A DNA stretch of 57,265 bases. Source: an uncultured virus (IMG/VR IMGVR_UViG_2879039326_000005). Lineage: Duplodnaviria; Heunggongvirae; Uroviricota; Caudoviricetes. The notes under the pieces are model-generated. The model did not search any database. It was given only the letters and a program-made list of their open reading frames with translations, and was not told the DNA's origin. Position numbers and translations under genes: made by a program. The stretch lies in the IMG/VR virus record IMGVR_UViG_2879039326_000005; one strand, 5' to 3'. This document shows, in pieces, positions 1 through 8,482 of this stretch (positions are counted from its first letter, which is position 1; the number at the start of each line of letters is the position of its first letter).

Positions 1-250
1 GGGTGGCGAGCAGGTCGCTCAGTGCGAGGCGCAGCGCCTCTTGTTGGTCAAACTCGAACTGGTCCAGCTCCTGCGATGCCGCCGACGGCGAGATCCCGGC
101 GGCATAACAGATGACGGCGCGGGCCCGAGTCGGCAGGCGTGACCAGCGGCTGGCCGCCCCATTGCGGCCGAACTTGGCGCGCATGTCTGCCAGTGCCGCG
201 TCTGCGGCGCTTGGCTGTTGAACGAGTGCAATGACCTTTGCTGTGTTCAT
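1..250 (-). CDS. Phage early hypothetical protein, truncated by window edge (MNTAKVIALVQQPSAADAALADMRAKFGR...)
   Basis: ATG at 250 with GGAGG upstream; frame open to base 1; read manually, not in ORF track. Confidence 0.6.
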   Translation of the reverse strand, partial: MNTAKVIALVQQPSAADAALADMRAKFGRNGAASRWSRLPTRARAVICYAAGISPSAASQELDQFEFDQQEALRLALSDLLAT

Positions 251-265
251 GGGGTGGCCCTCCGG

Positions 266-487
266 TTATGCCTGCAGCAGCTGGGTCAGCCAGTGCGGGC
301 GGGGTTGCTGGCGCGGCGTAAAGCGCAGGGCGCCACGGCGGCCCTTGTGGTCTTCCAGATAGCTGCCATCCAAGCGGGTGGTGATGCGCATCACCGGCTC
401 GTCGCAATCGCTCACGACGGTGGCGCGGGTCAGCAGCAGAAACGGCAGGGGGATCAGCCCCGGCTGTTCGGCGCGCAGTTTGTTCAT
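266..487 (-). CDS. Hypothetical phage protein (MNKLRAEQ..., 73 aa)
   Basis: ATG at 487 with GGAGG, ATGA-coupled to the upstream gene. Confidence 0.6.
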   Translation of the reverse strand: MNKLRAEQPGLIPLPFLLLTRATVVSDCDEPVMRITTRLDGSYLEDHKGRRGALRFTPRQQPRPHWLTQLLQA

Positions 488-801
488 GCTTCCTCCTTGG
501 TCTTGTTGCGTTCTTCCTTTACTGCCTTGAACGGGTGGATGGTTGAGCGCAGCGGCGCGACATCCGTGAAATTCACCCCTGGCTCCCAGTGGCGGCCGAC
601 GCCGCTCAGCTTGGGCAAATTGATGGCTGGGTTTGGCAGGGCGCTGGCGACGTAATACCCCGTCACCTCCACCCCCACTTGGAACACAAAACCGCAATCG
701 TCGTTGTTGCAGCGGCAGCGCAGGATCCCGGTGAGGGAGCTCATGCGGTTGGTGCTGCGAATGGCACTTCGTGATCCGCAATGCGGGCACGGAAATCTCA
801 T
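484..801 (-). CDS. ogr: Ogr/Delta-family zinc-finger late-gene activator
   Basis: MRFPCPHCGSRSAIRS...CRCNNDDCGFVF matches the Ogr Cys4 pattern; AGGAG RBS. Confidence 0.8.
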   Translation of the reverse strand: MRFPCPHCGSRSAIRSTNRMSSLTGILRCRCNNDDCGFVFQVGVEVTGYYVASALPNPAINLPKLSGVGRHWEPGVNFTDVAPLRSTIHPFKAVKEERNKTKEEA

Positions 802-812
802 GGTCTGGTCTC

Positions 813-1331
813 CTATGCGCCGAGCGCTGCGCGGGCCATATCGGCGGCACACGCAAGGCTCGGGACGGCGTGAAATCGGTCTTCGACTTCGGTTGCCAAC
901 AGCACAAGGTGCTCGATGCCAGCCCATAAGCCGGTGAGGACGGTGTTGCGGTTGGTTTTGGTGACACGGTCACCGGCAAGAATGGTGGTGGCTTGTGATG
1001 TGACGCCCAGGATCTGGGCGCCCGCGTTGAGTGCCTGCTGGGCGCGGGCCTCTGGCTGGATCACGGCATCAGAAGCAGGCAGGCGAACGGCAGTCAGGCC
1101 ACAGTCGAACAGCAGGCCATCAAACAAGGTGTCGTCACCGGTGGCTCGGTAGATGGCGATCAAGTCTTGGGCGGTCAGGTTGTGCCGCGCACACCCCGGA
1201 TTGAATTTGTTATGCAGCACATGGCCAGACATGCCGATGGACTCAGCCAGCTGGCTGATGTTGTGCGCCTGTTTGAACAGGTCGCAGGCCCCGGCAAAAT
1301 GGTTGTGTGAGCGAGAGCGTTGGTTTGTCAC
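813..1331 (-). CDS. cII: 186/HP1-type CII regulatory protein
   Basis: LAESIGMSGHVLHNKFNP...HNLT motif; position downstream of cox. Confidence 0.75.
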   Translation of the reverse strand: MTNQRSRSHNHFAGACDLFKQAHNISQLAESIGMSGHVLHNKFNPGCARHNLTAQDLIAIYRATGDDTLFDGLLFDCGLTAVRLPASDAVIQPEARAQQALNAGAQILGVTSQATTILAGDRVTKTNRNTVLTGLWAGIEHLVLLATEVEDRFHAVPSLACAADMARAALGA

Positions 1332-1364
1332 TTTATCCCCCTGAGTCTGATCGCTACCGTTAGG

Positions 1365-1778
1365 TCAAACAGCAGCGCGTTGTGCTGACTTTTTGGCAGA
1401 AGCCTTGACCACACGGTGACAGGAGTTCTCATGCACAAACTTGAAGTAGTTTTCCGGCTCCTTGGTCATTTCACGCCAGCGGTGCAGGTTGACCCACACT
1501 TTGTCGCCCGCACGCAGCTTGGGAATGATGGGCAAGCGGCCATCGTTGATCATGTCTTGGGCGGTGCGCAGCGGCAGGTTGAACTTGAGTTCTTCACGCA
1601 ACATGGTCAGGAAGGCATCCAGCGGAATGGCTGGCAGAACGGAGAGCGCAAGGCCCTGTTTGATGGCCGCCAGCTGGCGCAGCACTTCGTCCATCTGGTC
1701 AACTGGCTGTGCGGTGTCGTCACCAATAGGTGCGGCATGCGCCCCTAAAGGCTGTTTTTCGGTGTCACGTTGCGTCAT
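1365..1778 (-). CDS. cox: Cox/Apl-like DNA-binding protein (excisionase/repressor)
   Basis: LRTAQDMINDGRLPIIPK...KVWVNL winged-helix motif; divergent from cI. Confidence 0.7.
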   Translation of the reverse strand: MTQRDTEKQPLGAHAAPIGDDTAQPVDQMDEVLRQLAAIKQGLALSVLPAIPLDAFLTMLREELKFNLPLRTAQDMINDGRLPIIPKLRAGDKVWVNLHRWREMTKEPENYFKFVHENSCHRVVKASAKKSAQRAAV

Positions 1779-1934
1779 ACTGCGCCCCTATGCGTTTAAT
1801 TTTCACCTCTACGGACGTTACTGACCTGCCTCGCAAGCAATGGGTCATTAACGTGATCTTGAGGTGACTATATACGCCGACGCGATAGCGCGCAACCACA
1901 GGGCGATAAAAATCACCAAGAGGTTACTTTTTTT

Positions 1935-2690
1935 ATGGAGATCTTGAACGGTACAGCCTTTGATATAAAGGCCTTTGCCAATAGGTTACAAAGCTTGATT
2001 GGTAGAGAGAGCGTTAAGTCATTCAGCCGTAGGGCAGGTGTCAGTGATGCTGTTACACGAAAATATATCACTGGTGAAACCATGCCTTCCGTTGGTTTGG
2101 TCTCTCAAATCTGTGGTCATGACCCCCAGTTGTTCTTGTGGCTCTGTCTTGGTATAGGCGAGAAACCTAGTTTGTTGTCAGACATCCCTGAATCCTTATC
2201 TTATTTAAGGGGGGTAAATACTGATGACACTGTTGTCGCCGAAGAGTCTATCGCCACCTACAACATCAAGATGCAGGACTACACACTGGTCGATTGCTAT
2301 CAGGTGTTCGCCTCTGCCGGTTTCGGCGCAACGGTTTCCGAAGAGCTGAAAACTGAGCCGATGGCGTTCCGTACCGAATGGCTCAAGAAAGAAGGCCTAT
2401 CCCCCGAGCGGTTGGCAGTTATCCGCGCCAAGGGCGATTCGATGGAACCCACCATCAGCAACAACGACATCATCTTGGTGTACCTGTGCAACGGCGAGGC
2501 GCTGCGCGATGGCCTCTATGTGCTGCGCATTGCCGATGGACTGCTGGTTAAGCGTTTGCAATTCGACCCGTTCGGCGGCTTCAAAATTATTTCTGACAAT
2601 CCTGGCTATGAAACCCAAGTGGTCACCAAAGACCAGCGCCCCGATGTGCATATCGTTGGCCGCGTGGCATGGGCAGGGAAGAAGTTTTAA
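1935..2690 (+). CDS. cI: CI-like repressor, N-terminal HTH plus S24 peptidase domain
   Basis: ASAGFG cleavage-site motif, GDSMEP (catalytic Ser), LVKRL (catalytic Lys), IVGRV. Confidence 0.9.
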   Translation: MEILNGTAFDIKAFANRLQSLIGRESVKSFSRRAGVSDAVTRKYITGETMPSVGLVSQICGHDPQLFLWLCLGIGEKPSLLSDIPESLSYLRGVNTDDTVVAEESIATYNIKMQDYTLVDCYQVFASAGFGATVSEELKTEPMAFRTEWLKKEGLSPERLAVIRAKGDSMEPTISNNDIILVYLCNGEALRDGLYVLRIADGLLVKRLQFDPFGGFKIISDNPGYETQVVTKDQRPDVHIVGRVAWAGKKF

Positions 2691-2709
2691 ACCAACGAAA
2701 GGAGTCGAG

Positions 2710-2982
2710 ATGAAACAGAAAACCATCCTGCTATCAGCACTGCTGTTCGGTGTATCTGCATTTGCTGCTCATGCAGTAGAACAGAGCAATCCAAAGCAAC
2801 ACTCTGAACAAAAAGCAGATGATAAAAAACAGAGCAAGCAAGGTTTCAGTTGTTCCACAGTTGCCAGTTACTGCAAAGATATGGGCAGTTGTGAAGAGGC
2901 GGAGTTTGCTTTGGAACAGTGTGGCCGCAGTCGGCTTGACAGGGATAAAGATGGCATCCCATGTGAAAACGTGTGCGGATGA
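2710..2982 (+). CDS. Secreted Excalibur calcium-binding domain protein
   Basis: Signal peptide MKQKTILLSALLFGVSAFAAHA; C...C..MGSCEEA...LDRDKDGIPCE (DxDxDG) motif. Confidence 0.85.
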   Translation: MKQKTILLSALLFGVSAFAAHAVEQSNPKQHSEQKADDKKQSKQGFSCSTVASYCKDMGSCEEAEFALEQCGRSRLDRDKDGIPCENVCG

Positions 2983-3392
2983 TGGTGAATATGACACTCA
3001 GGAGTTTGGTGCTTTTTTTCACATTTCAATTTCCAATGGCCTTTGCTGGGCCAGCTGAAGTTGCAAGAGAAGCGTTAGACCACCAAGCCATATGGTTTGA
3101 CAGTGCAAGCGGAGCCTTGACTATTTTGGCAACAAGCCGTGACACCGTAAGCAAGGGGCAACTTGCCACATCAATTCTACTTGGCTACTGCGATTCCGTT
3201 ATTGGTGACAGCCACGTAATGGACCGAGTCAAAAAGGTTAATGTGATTAATAGTTCAAGAACTCATGGTTTTGTTTTCTTTGGCGGAATTGATACGTGCG
3301 ATGAAATATCCGGCGAAGAATATTTAGATGACAAAGAGATTGCAGAGATCATTCTGTCGCACAGCGTGGTGTGGACTGGGAAAAATTTCTGA
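2979..3392 (+). CDS. Hypothetical exported protein
   Basis: Low-GC ORF with signal-peptide-like N-terminus; start uncertain (2979 or 2991). Confidence 0.6.
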   Translation: MMVNMTLRSLVLFFTFQFPMAFAGPAEVAREALDHQAIWFDSASGALTILATSRDTVSKGQLATSILLGYCDSVIGDSHVMDRVKKVNVINSSRTHGFVFFGGIDTCDEISGEEYLDDKEIAEIILSHSVVWTGKNF

Positions 3393-3448
3393 CAAGTATG
3401 GGCTAGCAAATAGCTATTTATCGATAAATAGAGAAAAGGGGATAAATT

Positions 3449-4486
3449 ATGGCGTTGGTGAAGTGCAAGGAGTGCAAAAAAGAAGTTAGCAACTCAGCAA
3501 AGGTATGCCCTCACTGCGGCATAAAAAATCCGGCGGTTACGGTAAAGGACTACGTCCTTGGAGTCATTGGTCTTATCGTTATTTTCTTCGCAATTAAGTC
3601 ATGTTCTGGGGATGATAGTAAATCGACAAGTAAAGTCGCTGAGAAGAGTACCGTTGAAGAAGTCAAACCAAGAGAGCTTGGTGAGGTTAAGCCTTACACC
3701 ATTATTTCTGGCGATATGAAAACGAAGGCCCGCAAAGAAACCTTCTTCGTTGCTGCCCCCCTAGCTGAGACAAAGGGTGACCGTGCGGCAACAGCCAGAA
3801 AGGCGGCCAGCGATATCTTTGAAAAAACAGGGATCCCCGTCGTTACCGTATTTGTTGAGCATGACAAGCTGTTTGCAGGCAAAGGTAGCAACCTGGCCAA
3901 GGCCACGTATTTTTCAGATGCTTGCAATTTCTCTGGTAATGACTGCAACGGTATCGTGTGGGATGTAGCCGCATCCAACGTTACGGTCACTGAAAAAGAG
4001 TGGGGCGTATATCGGGACTGGATTAAGAACCGCAGTCGGTATCTTGATAAGCATGGCAACTTGAATGAAGACAAGCTGAGCGCATTTTTAGCCAAGAAAT
4101 ATGGTGTTACTCCAGATGACATCATGCTGCCAGCTCCAGGGATCGACTATGTCGGCGTGAACCCCTACGAATCAGAGCAGGATAAGCAGGCCGAGAAAGA
4201 CAAGGCTTTTGCCAAGAAAGCGGTCATTGAGGCGCGGATTAAGAGGCTCAAGTCTCAGTTCAGTCCATGGGATGGGTCTCACATCACCCTTGAGAGAGCC
4301 ATTCAGAAGAGCATGAATGACCCTGACAGCTATGAGCATGTCGAGACAACTTATCGTGACCTTGGTGATTCACTCATCGTTTCCACCACGTTCCGCGGTA
4401 AAAACGGATTTGGTGGCGTCGTGAAAAATACTGTCGTGGCTCAGGTAGATCTTGATGGGAACATCTTGGAAATCATATCTGAATGA
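3449..4486 (+). CDS. Zinc-ribbon plus transmembrane protein with large periplasmic domain
   Basis: CKEC...CPHCG N-terminus, TM segment VLGVIGLIVIFFAI; overlaps int start (ATGA). Confidence 0.75.
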   Translation: MALVKCKECKKEVSNSAKVCPHCGIKNPAVTVKDYVLGVIGLIVIFFAIKSCSGDDSKSTSKVAEKSTVEEVKPRELGEVKPYTIISGDMKTKARKETFFVAAPLAETKGDRAATARKAASDIFEKTGIPVVTVFVEHDKLFAGKGSNLAKATYFSDACNFSGNDCNGIVWDVAASNVTVTEKEWGVYRDWIKNRSRYLDKHGNLNEDKLSAFLAKKYGVTPDDIMLPAPGIDYVGVNPYESEQDKQAEKDKAFAKKAVIEARIKRLKSQFSPWDGSHITLERAIQKSMNDPDSYEHVETTYRDLGDSLIVSTTFRGKNGFGGVVKNTVVAQVDLDGNILEIISE

Positions 4487-5541
4487 CAGTCCGTAAACTT
4501 GATGACGGCAAGCCGCTCCTATGGCTTGCCGATATTCGTCCTGGTGGTCGCAATGGCCCGCGGCGGCGCAAGCGCTTTGCCACCAAGGGCGAGGCGAATG
4601 CGTGGGAGCTGTGGCAGCTTGAGCAGTTCGCCGAAAAGCCGTGGCTGGGTGACGATGAGCAGGCCACCGAGCCTGTTGCTGATACCCGGCGGTTGGCTGA
4701 TCTGGTTGAGCGCTGGTTTGGCCTGCACGGCCAGAGCTTGCGTGATGGTGAGCAACGCCGCTCCAAGCTGCTGTTGATCTGCGAAAGCCTGGGTAACCCG
4801 CTGGCAAGCGACTTCACTGGCAATGACTTTGCCAAGTACCGCGAGGCACGGCTCTCTGGTGCAGTGAGCGATCGGCGGGCGGCAACGCAAGAAGGGAAGG
4901 GGGTGAGCGCATCGACGGTGAACCGCGATCACGCTTACCTGCGGGCCGTGTTCAATGAGCTCAAGCGGTTGGGCGAGTGGACGGCAGAGAACCCGCTGGC
5001 CGGAATGCGGCTTTACCGGGTTATCGAATCCGAGCTGGCGTTTTTATACCCTGATGAGATCAAGTCGTTGCTCGATGCCTGTGACACCGCCAGCAATCCC
5101 GATCTCGGTATTGTGGTGCGGCTCTGCTTGGCCACTGGTGCGCGTTGGGGGGAAATCCAAGACCTGACCCAGTCACAGGTGGCACAGAACCGGCTGACGT
5201 TTACCCATACCAAGGGTGGCAAGCGCCGAACCGTGCCCATCAATCAGGAGCTGATAGACCTGATCCCCAAGCGCAGGGGCAAGCTGTTCAGTGAGTGCTA
5301 TCACCACTTCGAATCCGCCATCAACAAGGCAGGCATCCAGCTGCCGGCAGGGCAGAGCACCCATGTACTGCGGCACACGTTCGCATCACACTTTATGATG
5401 AACGGTGGCAACATTCTGGTGTTGCAAAAGATCCTCGGGCACTCGACTATCACCATGACGATGCGCTATGCCCACTTTGCTCCAGACCACTTGGAAGACG
5501 CGCTGAGGCTCAACCCGCTGACCATCAACAAACTGCGATAA
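4483..5541 (+). CDS. int: P2/186/HP1-type tyrosine integrase
   Basis: TGARWGE, HVLRHTFASHF, LGHS, MRYAH catalytic motifs. Confidence 0.95.
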   Translation: MTVRKLDDGKPLLWLADIRPGGRNGPRRRKRFATKGEANAWELWQLEQFAEKPWLGDDEQATEPVADTRRLADLVERWFGLHGQSLRDGEQRRSKLLLICESLGNPLASDFTGNDFAKYREARLSGAVSDRRAATQEGKGVSASTVNRDHAYLRAVFNELKRLGEWTAENPLAGMRLYRVIESELAFLYPDEIKSLLDACDTASNPDLGIVVRLCLATGARWGEIQDLTQSQVAQNRLTFTHTKGGKRRTVPINQELIDLIPKRRGKLFSECYHHFESAINKAGIQLPAGQSTHVLRHTFASHFMMNGGNILVLQKILGHSTITMTMRYAHFAPDHLEDALRLNPLTINKLR

Positions 5542-5640
5542 TGTCCACTTTTGATCCACGCAGTTCGCACAACACCGCATCAAGCCACATCATGCCGCGC
5601 TCGTAAGTGGCTGTTTTAATGTAACTTGTTGTTTTTAAAG
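5542..5640. promoter_or_regulatory. att arm region of the P2-like element: arm-type integrase sites and IHF-like sites
   Basis: TGTCCAC (5542) and GATCCAC resemble P2 arm sites (TGTGGACA); TAACTTGTTGTTT resembles the IHF consensus. Confidence 0.5.
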
Positions 5641-5654
5641 GCTCGCTAGAGGTT

Positions 5655-5709
5655 TTTAAAATCCCTCGACGTTCGCGTCGTGCCGGTTCGATTCCGGCCT
5701 CGGGCACCA
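5655..5709 (+). other. att site: duplicated 3' half of tRNA-Leu(TAA), anticodon loop to CCA
   Basis: TTTAAAATCCCTCGACGTTCGCGTCGTGCCGGTTCGATTCCGGCCTCGGGCACCA resembles the leuZ 3' half with long variable arm and T arm; no 5' half upstream. Confidence 0.85.
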
Positions 5710-5713
5710 TTAA

Positions 5714-5789
5714 AATCAAAGACTTACCTAGCTTTTACCCCCGCCCTTAACTTCTCGGGGAATATCGGGGGAATATGCCGAGGGAATAT
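5714..5789. promoter_or_regulatory. IHF site and three GGGAATAT direct repeats (probable integrase arm sites)
   Basis: AATCAAAGACTTA (5714-5726) fits WATCAANNNNTTR; GGGAATAT at 5758, 5769, 5782. Confidence 0.6.
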
Positions 5790-6804
5790 CAGCCGTATTT
5801 TTCCTGGCTGCTTCTACCGTCGGCACGCGCTTGATTGATCTGTCATATACCTGCACTTGCCCCTCTGTTTTGTGTCCGCTTATCTGTTGCTTATCCCTAC
5901 TTGAACCACCCAGATCTGAAATTGCTTTCGCCTTGATATCGTGGAAGGTGAAGTCGAGCGGCATCTTAGTTATCTCTCTTGCCCGAAGGATTGTGTTGCG
6001 CCAGGCAGCATCAAACCCATTGCTGGTATATGCCTGTCCATCCGGCTTAGACAAAACGAATCCCGCAATGCTATGTTTCGCCAGTCTGCCGGCTGCCTCA
6101 ATGGCGGCCTTGAGCCTGGGTGACCACATCTTTATCTGCCTGACGGCAGTTTTCCCTTGCTGAATGAACACGCCATCATCTAGGACATGCTCCCAACGCA
6201 TGACAAGTACGTCCCCCTTGCGTGCCACGCAGAGGTAAGACAACTCCATTGCGATCTGGATCATGGGTGGTGCAAGGTTGTAAACGGCTTGGTATTCCGT
6301 ATCTGTGATATAGCGGGTTCGCGCTTTCTCTTTGAATTGCCTCACTCCTTGGCATGGGTTGATTTTTACCCGCCCTCGTTCATATGCCCAGCGATATGCC
6401 CGGGATAAAAAAGCCTTCTCTCTATTTGCCTGCACCCGGCTCTTGAGTCCTCGTTTATCCAGGTATGCCCTGACATGCTTCGGCTCTACCGCGTCGGCCG
6501 CCATTTTTCCGAATACCAGAAGCACCGGTTTGCTGTGCTTCCGGTAGTCCAGTTTGGTGTTCTTTGCCAGATCGGCAAAATCGGCAGATAGGAAGAACTC
6601 ATCAATCATGGCTGCCACAGTGTGCGTGGCCACTCGCTGGTCAATCAGTTTTTCGTATGCTGCCCAGACTTCTGACTGCTTTACTGTGGCTGCGCACACC
6701 TTGATTGAACCGCCCCCTACGGGGCGGAACACTATGCTGGGGCCCTTGATATAACAACGTGGTGGCAGCCAGTTGTCTGCTGGGTTGGATCTTGTCCTTG
6801 CCAT
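5728..6804 (-). CDS. int: Tyrosine integrase of the large prophage
   Basis: ARKGD, FTFHDIKAK, SGHK, VYDR motifs; ends 18 bp from the tRNA CCA. Confidence 0.9.
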   Translation of the reverse strand: MARTRSNPADNWLPPRCYIKGPSIVFRPVGGGSIKVCAATVKQSEVWAAYEKLIDQRVATHTVAAMIDEFFLSADFADLAKNTKLDYRKHSKPVLLVFGKMAADAVEPKHVRAYLDKRGLKSRVQANREKAFLSRAYRWAYERGRVKINPCQGVRQFKEKARTRYITDTEYQAVYNLAPPMIQIAMELSYLCVARKGDVLVMRWEHVLDDGVFIQQGKTAVRQIKMWSPRLKAAIEAAGRLAKHSIAGFVLSKPDGQAYTSNGFDAAWRNTILRAREITKMPLDFTFHDIKAKAISDLGGSSRDKQQISGHKTEGQVQVYDRSIKRVPTVEAARKNTADIPSAYSPDIPREVKGGGKS

Positions 6805-7025
6805 CAGGAAAGTGCCTCAAGGTTAAAGCCGTTATCGCGATCATCGTTTGCTGGGTGATGGCTTGCGCTCCCAGTCAGCCACTCTCGTGTGGTGGATGGG
6901 CGACCATCAGGGCGGCGCAGGAACCGGATCCCGGCTTTCTCCAGCGCCTTGCATTGTTTCGATGGTAGTTTGTACCCCGTAAGCTGCTCGATCTCCTGAT
7001 CGCTTACGACTAGCTGCTTGTTCAT
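6804..7025 (-). CDS. Excisionase-like protein (DUF4224-like)
   Basis: EIEQLTGYKLPSKQCKALEKAGIRFLRRPDGRP; directly upstream of int. Confidence 0.75.
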   Translation of the reverse strand: MNKQLVVSDQEIEQLTGYKLPSKQCKALEKAGIRFLRRPDGRPSTTREWLTGSASHHPANDDRDNGFNLEALS

Positions 7026-7395
7026 GCTCGTTGGTCCTCTTTAGTCTGGTTATTTCATCCCGGCCTGCTCGGTTGTAGAGGAAGCATTCGACCTGCTTCC
7101 TGCTGCTGGCCGCCTGGTCAAGGCGGTATTCCCCGAACGCCGGGCGTTTGAGTTGGTGCTGGTTGGCCAGCCGGCCAATGGCTTGGGCGCTGACCCCCAG
7201 CTCCTTGCCAAGTTCGGTTGCGCTCCAGAGCTGGCCGGCAACCCTGGGCGCTTCGATAGGCAGATCGAAGTGAGCCAGGATGCGGCCGATCTCGGCGAGC
7301 TTGGCCGATCGGGAAAGGGTGGGGGATCGAACGGTACTGACCAGATCATTGAGCAGCTGGCTGTCTTGGTCGATGGTCAGTTGAAGTTGTTGCAT
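6907..7395 (-). CDS. Antirepressor-like DNA-binding protein
   Basis: WSATELGKELGVSAQAIGRLANQHQLK...KQVECFLYN resembles phage antirepressor C-terminal domains; GGAGG RBS. Confidence 0.55.
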   Translation of the reverse strand: MQQLQLTIDQDSQLLNDLVSTVRSPTLSRSAKLAEIGRILAHFDLPIEAPRVAGQLWSATELGKELGVSAQAIGRLANQHQLKRPAFGEYRLDQAASSRKQVECFLYNRAGRDEITRLKRTNEHEQAASRKRSGDRAAYGVQTTIETMQGAGESRDPVPAPP

Positions 7396-7451
7396 GGCGT
7401 GGCCCTCCTGCCTCAGAGGATGGGGCGCCAATTGGATTGAAGGAAGGGCCG

Positions 7452-7616
7452 TTAATCGGTTGGCTCATCGATGACCAAGTGGCCTTCCTTGATTTCGACA
7501 CTCAGCCCAGACAGACCACAGGCTGACACCGGCATGTCAAAGGGCAGAGAGCCATCCTTGTGCAGTGCGTTTAGGTAGGTAGCCAGCTCGCCCCAGGTGT
7601 ACACCGTCTTGCTCAT
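7452..7616 (-). CDS. Small hypothetical protein (MSKTVYTWGEL..., 54 aa)
   Basis: GAGG RBS and open frame; read manually. Confidence 0.55.
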   Translation of the reverse strand: MSKTVYTWGELATYLNALHKDGSLPFDMPVSACGLSGLSVEIKEGHLVIDEPTD

Positions 7617-7631
7617 GATTTTTCCTCTAAC

Positions 7632-7910
7632 TCATTCGCTTCTGATGGTATTGCCGCAACCGGTGCAATACTTCTCGCCGCCGACAAACGAGCCGGGGTC
7701 GTGGAGCTGCTCGCATGACGGGCATTTCAACTGTACGACTGAGGTGGCCACGTCTTGAGTCACCCCATCTACGACAGGGAGCGGCTTGTACTCGCACCAC
7801 CACCCACCAACTGCTGGGTCAGCAATGATAGGGCGGCGGCACTGCTTGCCCTCCCATGCCATATCAAACTCACTCCCTTTCTTACCGCAATGTTGGCATT
7901 CTTGAACCAT
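7632..7910 (-). CDS. Cys-rich (zinc-finger) hypothetical protein
   Basis: CQHC, CPSC and CTGC motifs; GAGG RBS before ATG 7910. Confidence 0.6.
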   Translation of the reverse strand: MVQECQHCGKKGSEFDMAWEGKQCRRPIIADPAVGGWWCEYKPLPVVDGVTQDVATSVVQLKCPSCEQLHDPGSFVGGEKYCTGCGNTIRSE

Positions 7911-7926
7911 CGCCGTTTTTCCTCGA

Positions 7927-8148
7927 TCAGTTGGTCTTTCGCTCATAGATGACGCCGGGGGCAAGAATGCACTGGCGCTCAGTGAGCTGTGACAGGTCGA
8001 AACCACCTTCACCATTATCCTCGGCGATACTGTGAAATTCGTAACGGTGGCCTGACTCATCAACAAACCAGCGTGGCATCCTGCGACCGCCGATAGTGGC
8101 TGAAAGCGGGCCGTGCTCAACGATTCTTTGCATAGTCTTACCCATCAT
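7927..8148 (-). CDS. Hypothetical phage protein
   Basis: Packed in the leftward operon. Confidence 0.55.
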   Translation of the reverse strand: MMGKTMQRIVEHGPLSATIGGRRMPRWFVDESGHRYEFHSIAEDNGEGGFDLSQLTERQCILAPGVIYERKTN

Positions 8149-8398
8149 ATTCAGGCAGCTTATCGAACTGGTCTTGAGTGAGCATCACGGTTTCCACCTG
8201 ATATGGATCATCCAGGTTCTCACATACCCCGTCCCGCTCATCTGCAGGGACGATGAAACATCCCATGTCGCACGTTATGCGGGCGAACTCGAAATGTTTG
8301 AAGTCCTCGCATCGTGGAGCGTGGAGGCTTGGCGGAAAGCGTCCATCATGCGTTTCGGACAGGTCGCGCGCCATTGTTTGGCAGTTACACATACTCAC
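8138..8398 (-). CDS. Hypothetical phage protein
   Basis: Packed in the leftward operon. Confidence 0.55.
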   Translation of the reverse strand: MSMCNCQTMARDLSETHDGRFPPSLHAPRCEDFKHFEFARITCDMGCFIVPADERDGVCENLDDPYQVETVMLTQDQFDKLPEYDG

Positions 8399-8401
8399 CC
8401 C

Positions 8402-8482
8402 CTACAAAAGTGCGGACGCCACGATGATGGCCAGCACGTTGATAGCCAGGATCGTGATCCCGACTGCCTGTTGTTTGGTCAT
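8402..8482 (-). CDS. 26-aa hydrophobic peptide (MTKQQAVGITILAINVLAIIVASALL)
   Basis: ATGA-coupled to the upstream gene, GGAGG RBS, single TM-like segment. Confidence 0.4.
   Translation of the reverse strand: MTKQQAVGITILAINVLAIIVASALL

Larger units (their letters stand above)
1..5709. mobile_element. Right end of a P2/186-like prophage or related element (left part outside the window)
   Basis: Gene order ogr-like/cII/cox <- -> cI ... integrase, followed by a duplicated tRNA 3' half (att). Confidence 0.85.

Noticed and set aside
5620..5709. Complete tRNA-Leu gene
   Set aside because: Only the anticodon loop to CCA is present; upstream bases cannot form the acceptor or D arms, so it is treated as an att duplication.
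6907..7025. Functional overlap of the antirepressor-like ORF with xis
   Set aside because: The overlapping tail is featureless and more simply explained by read-through into the xis region.
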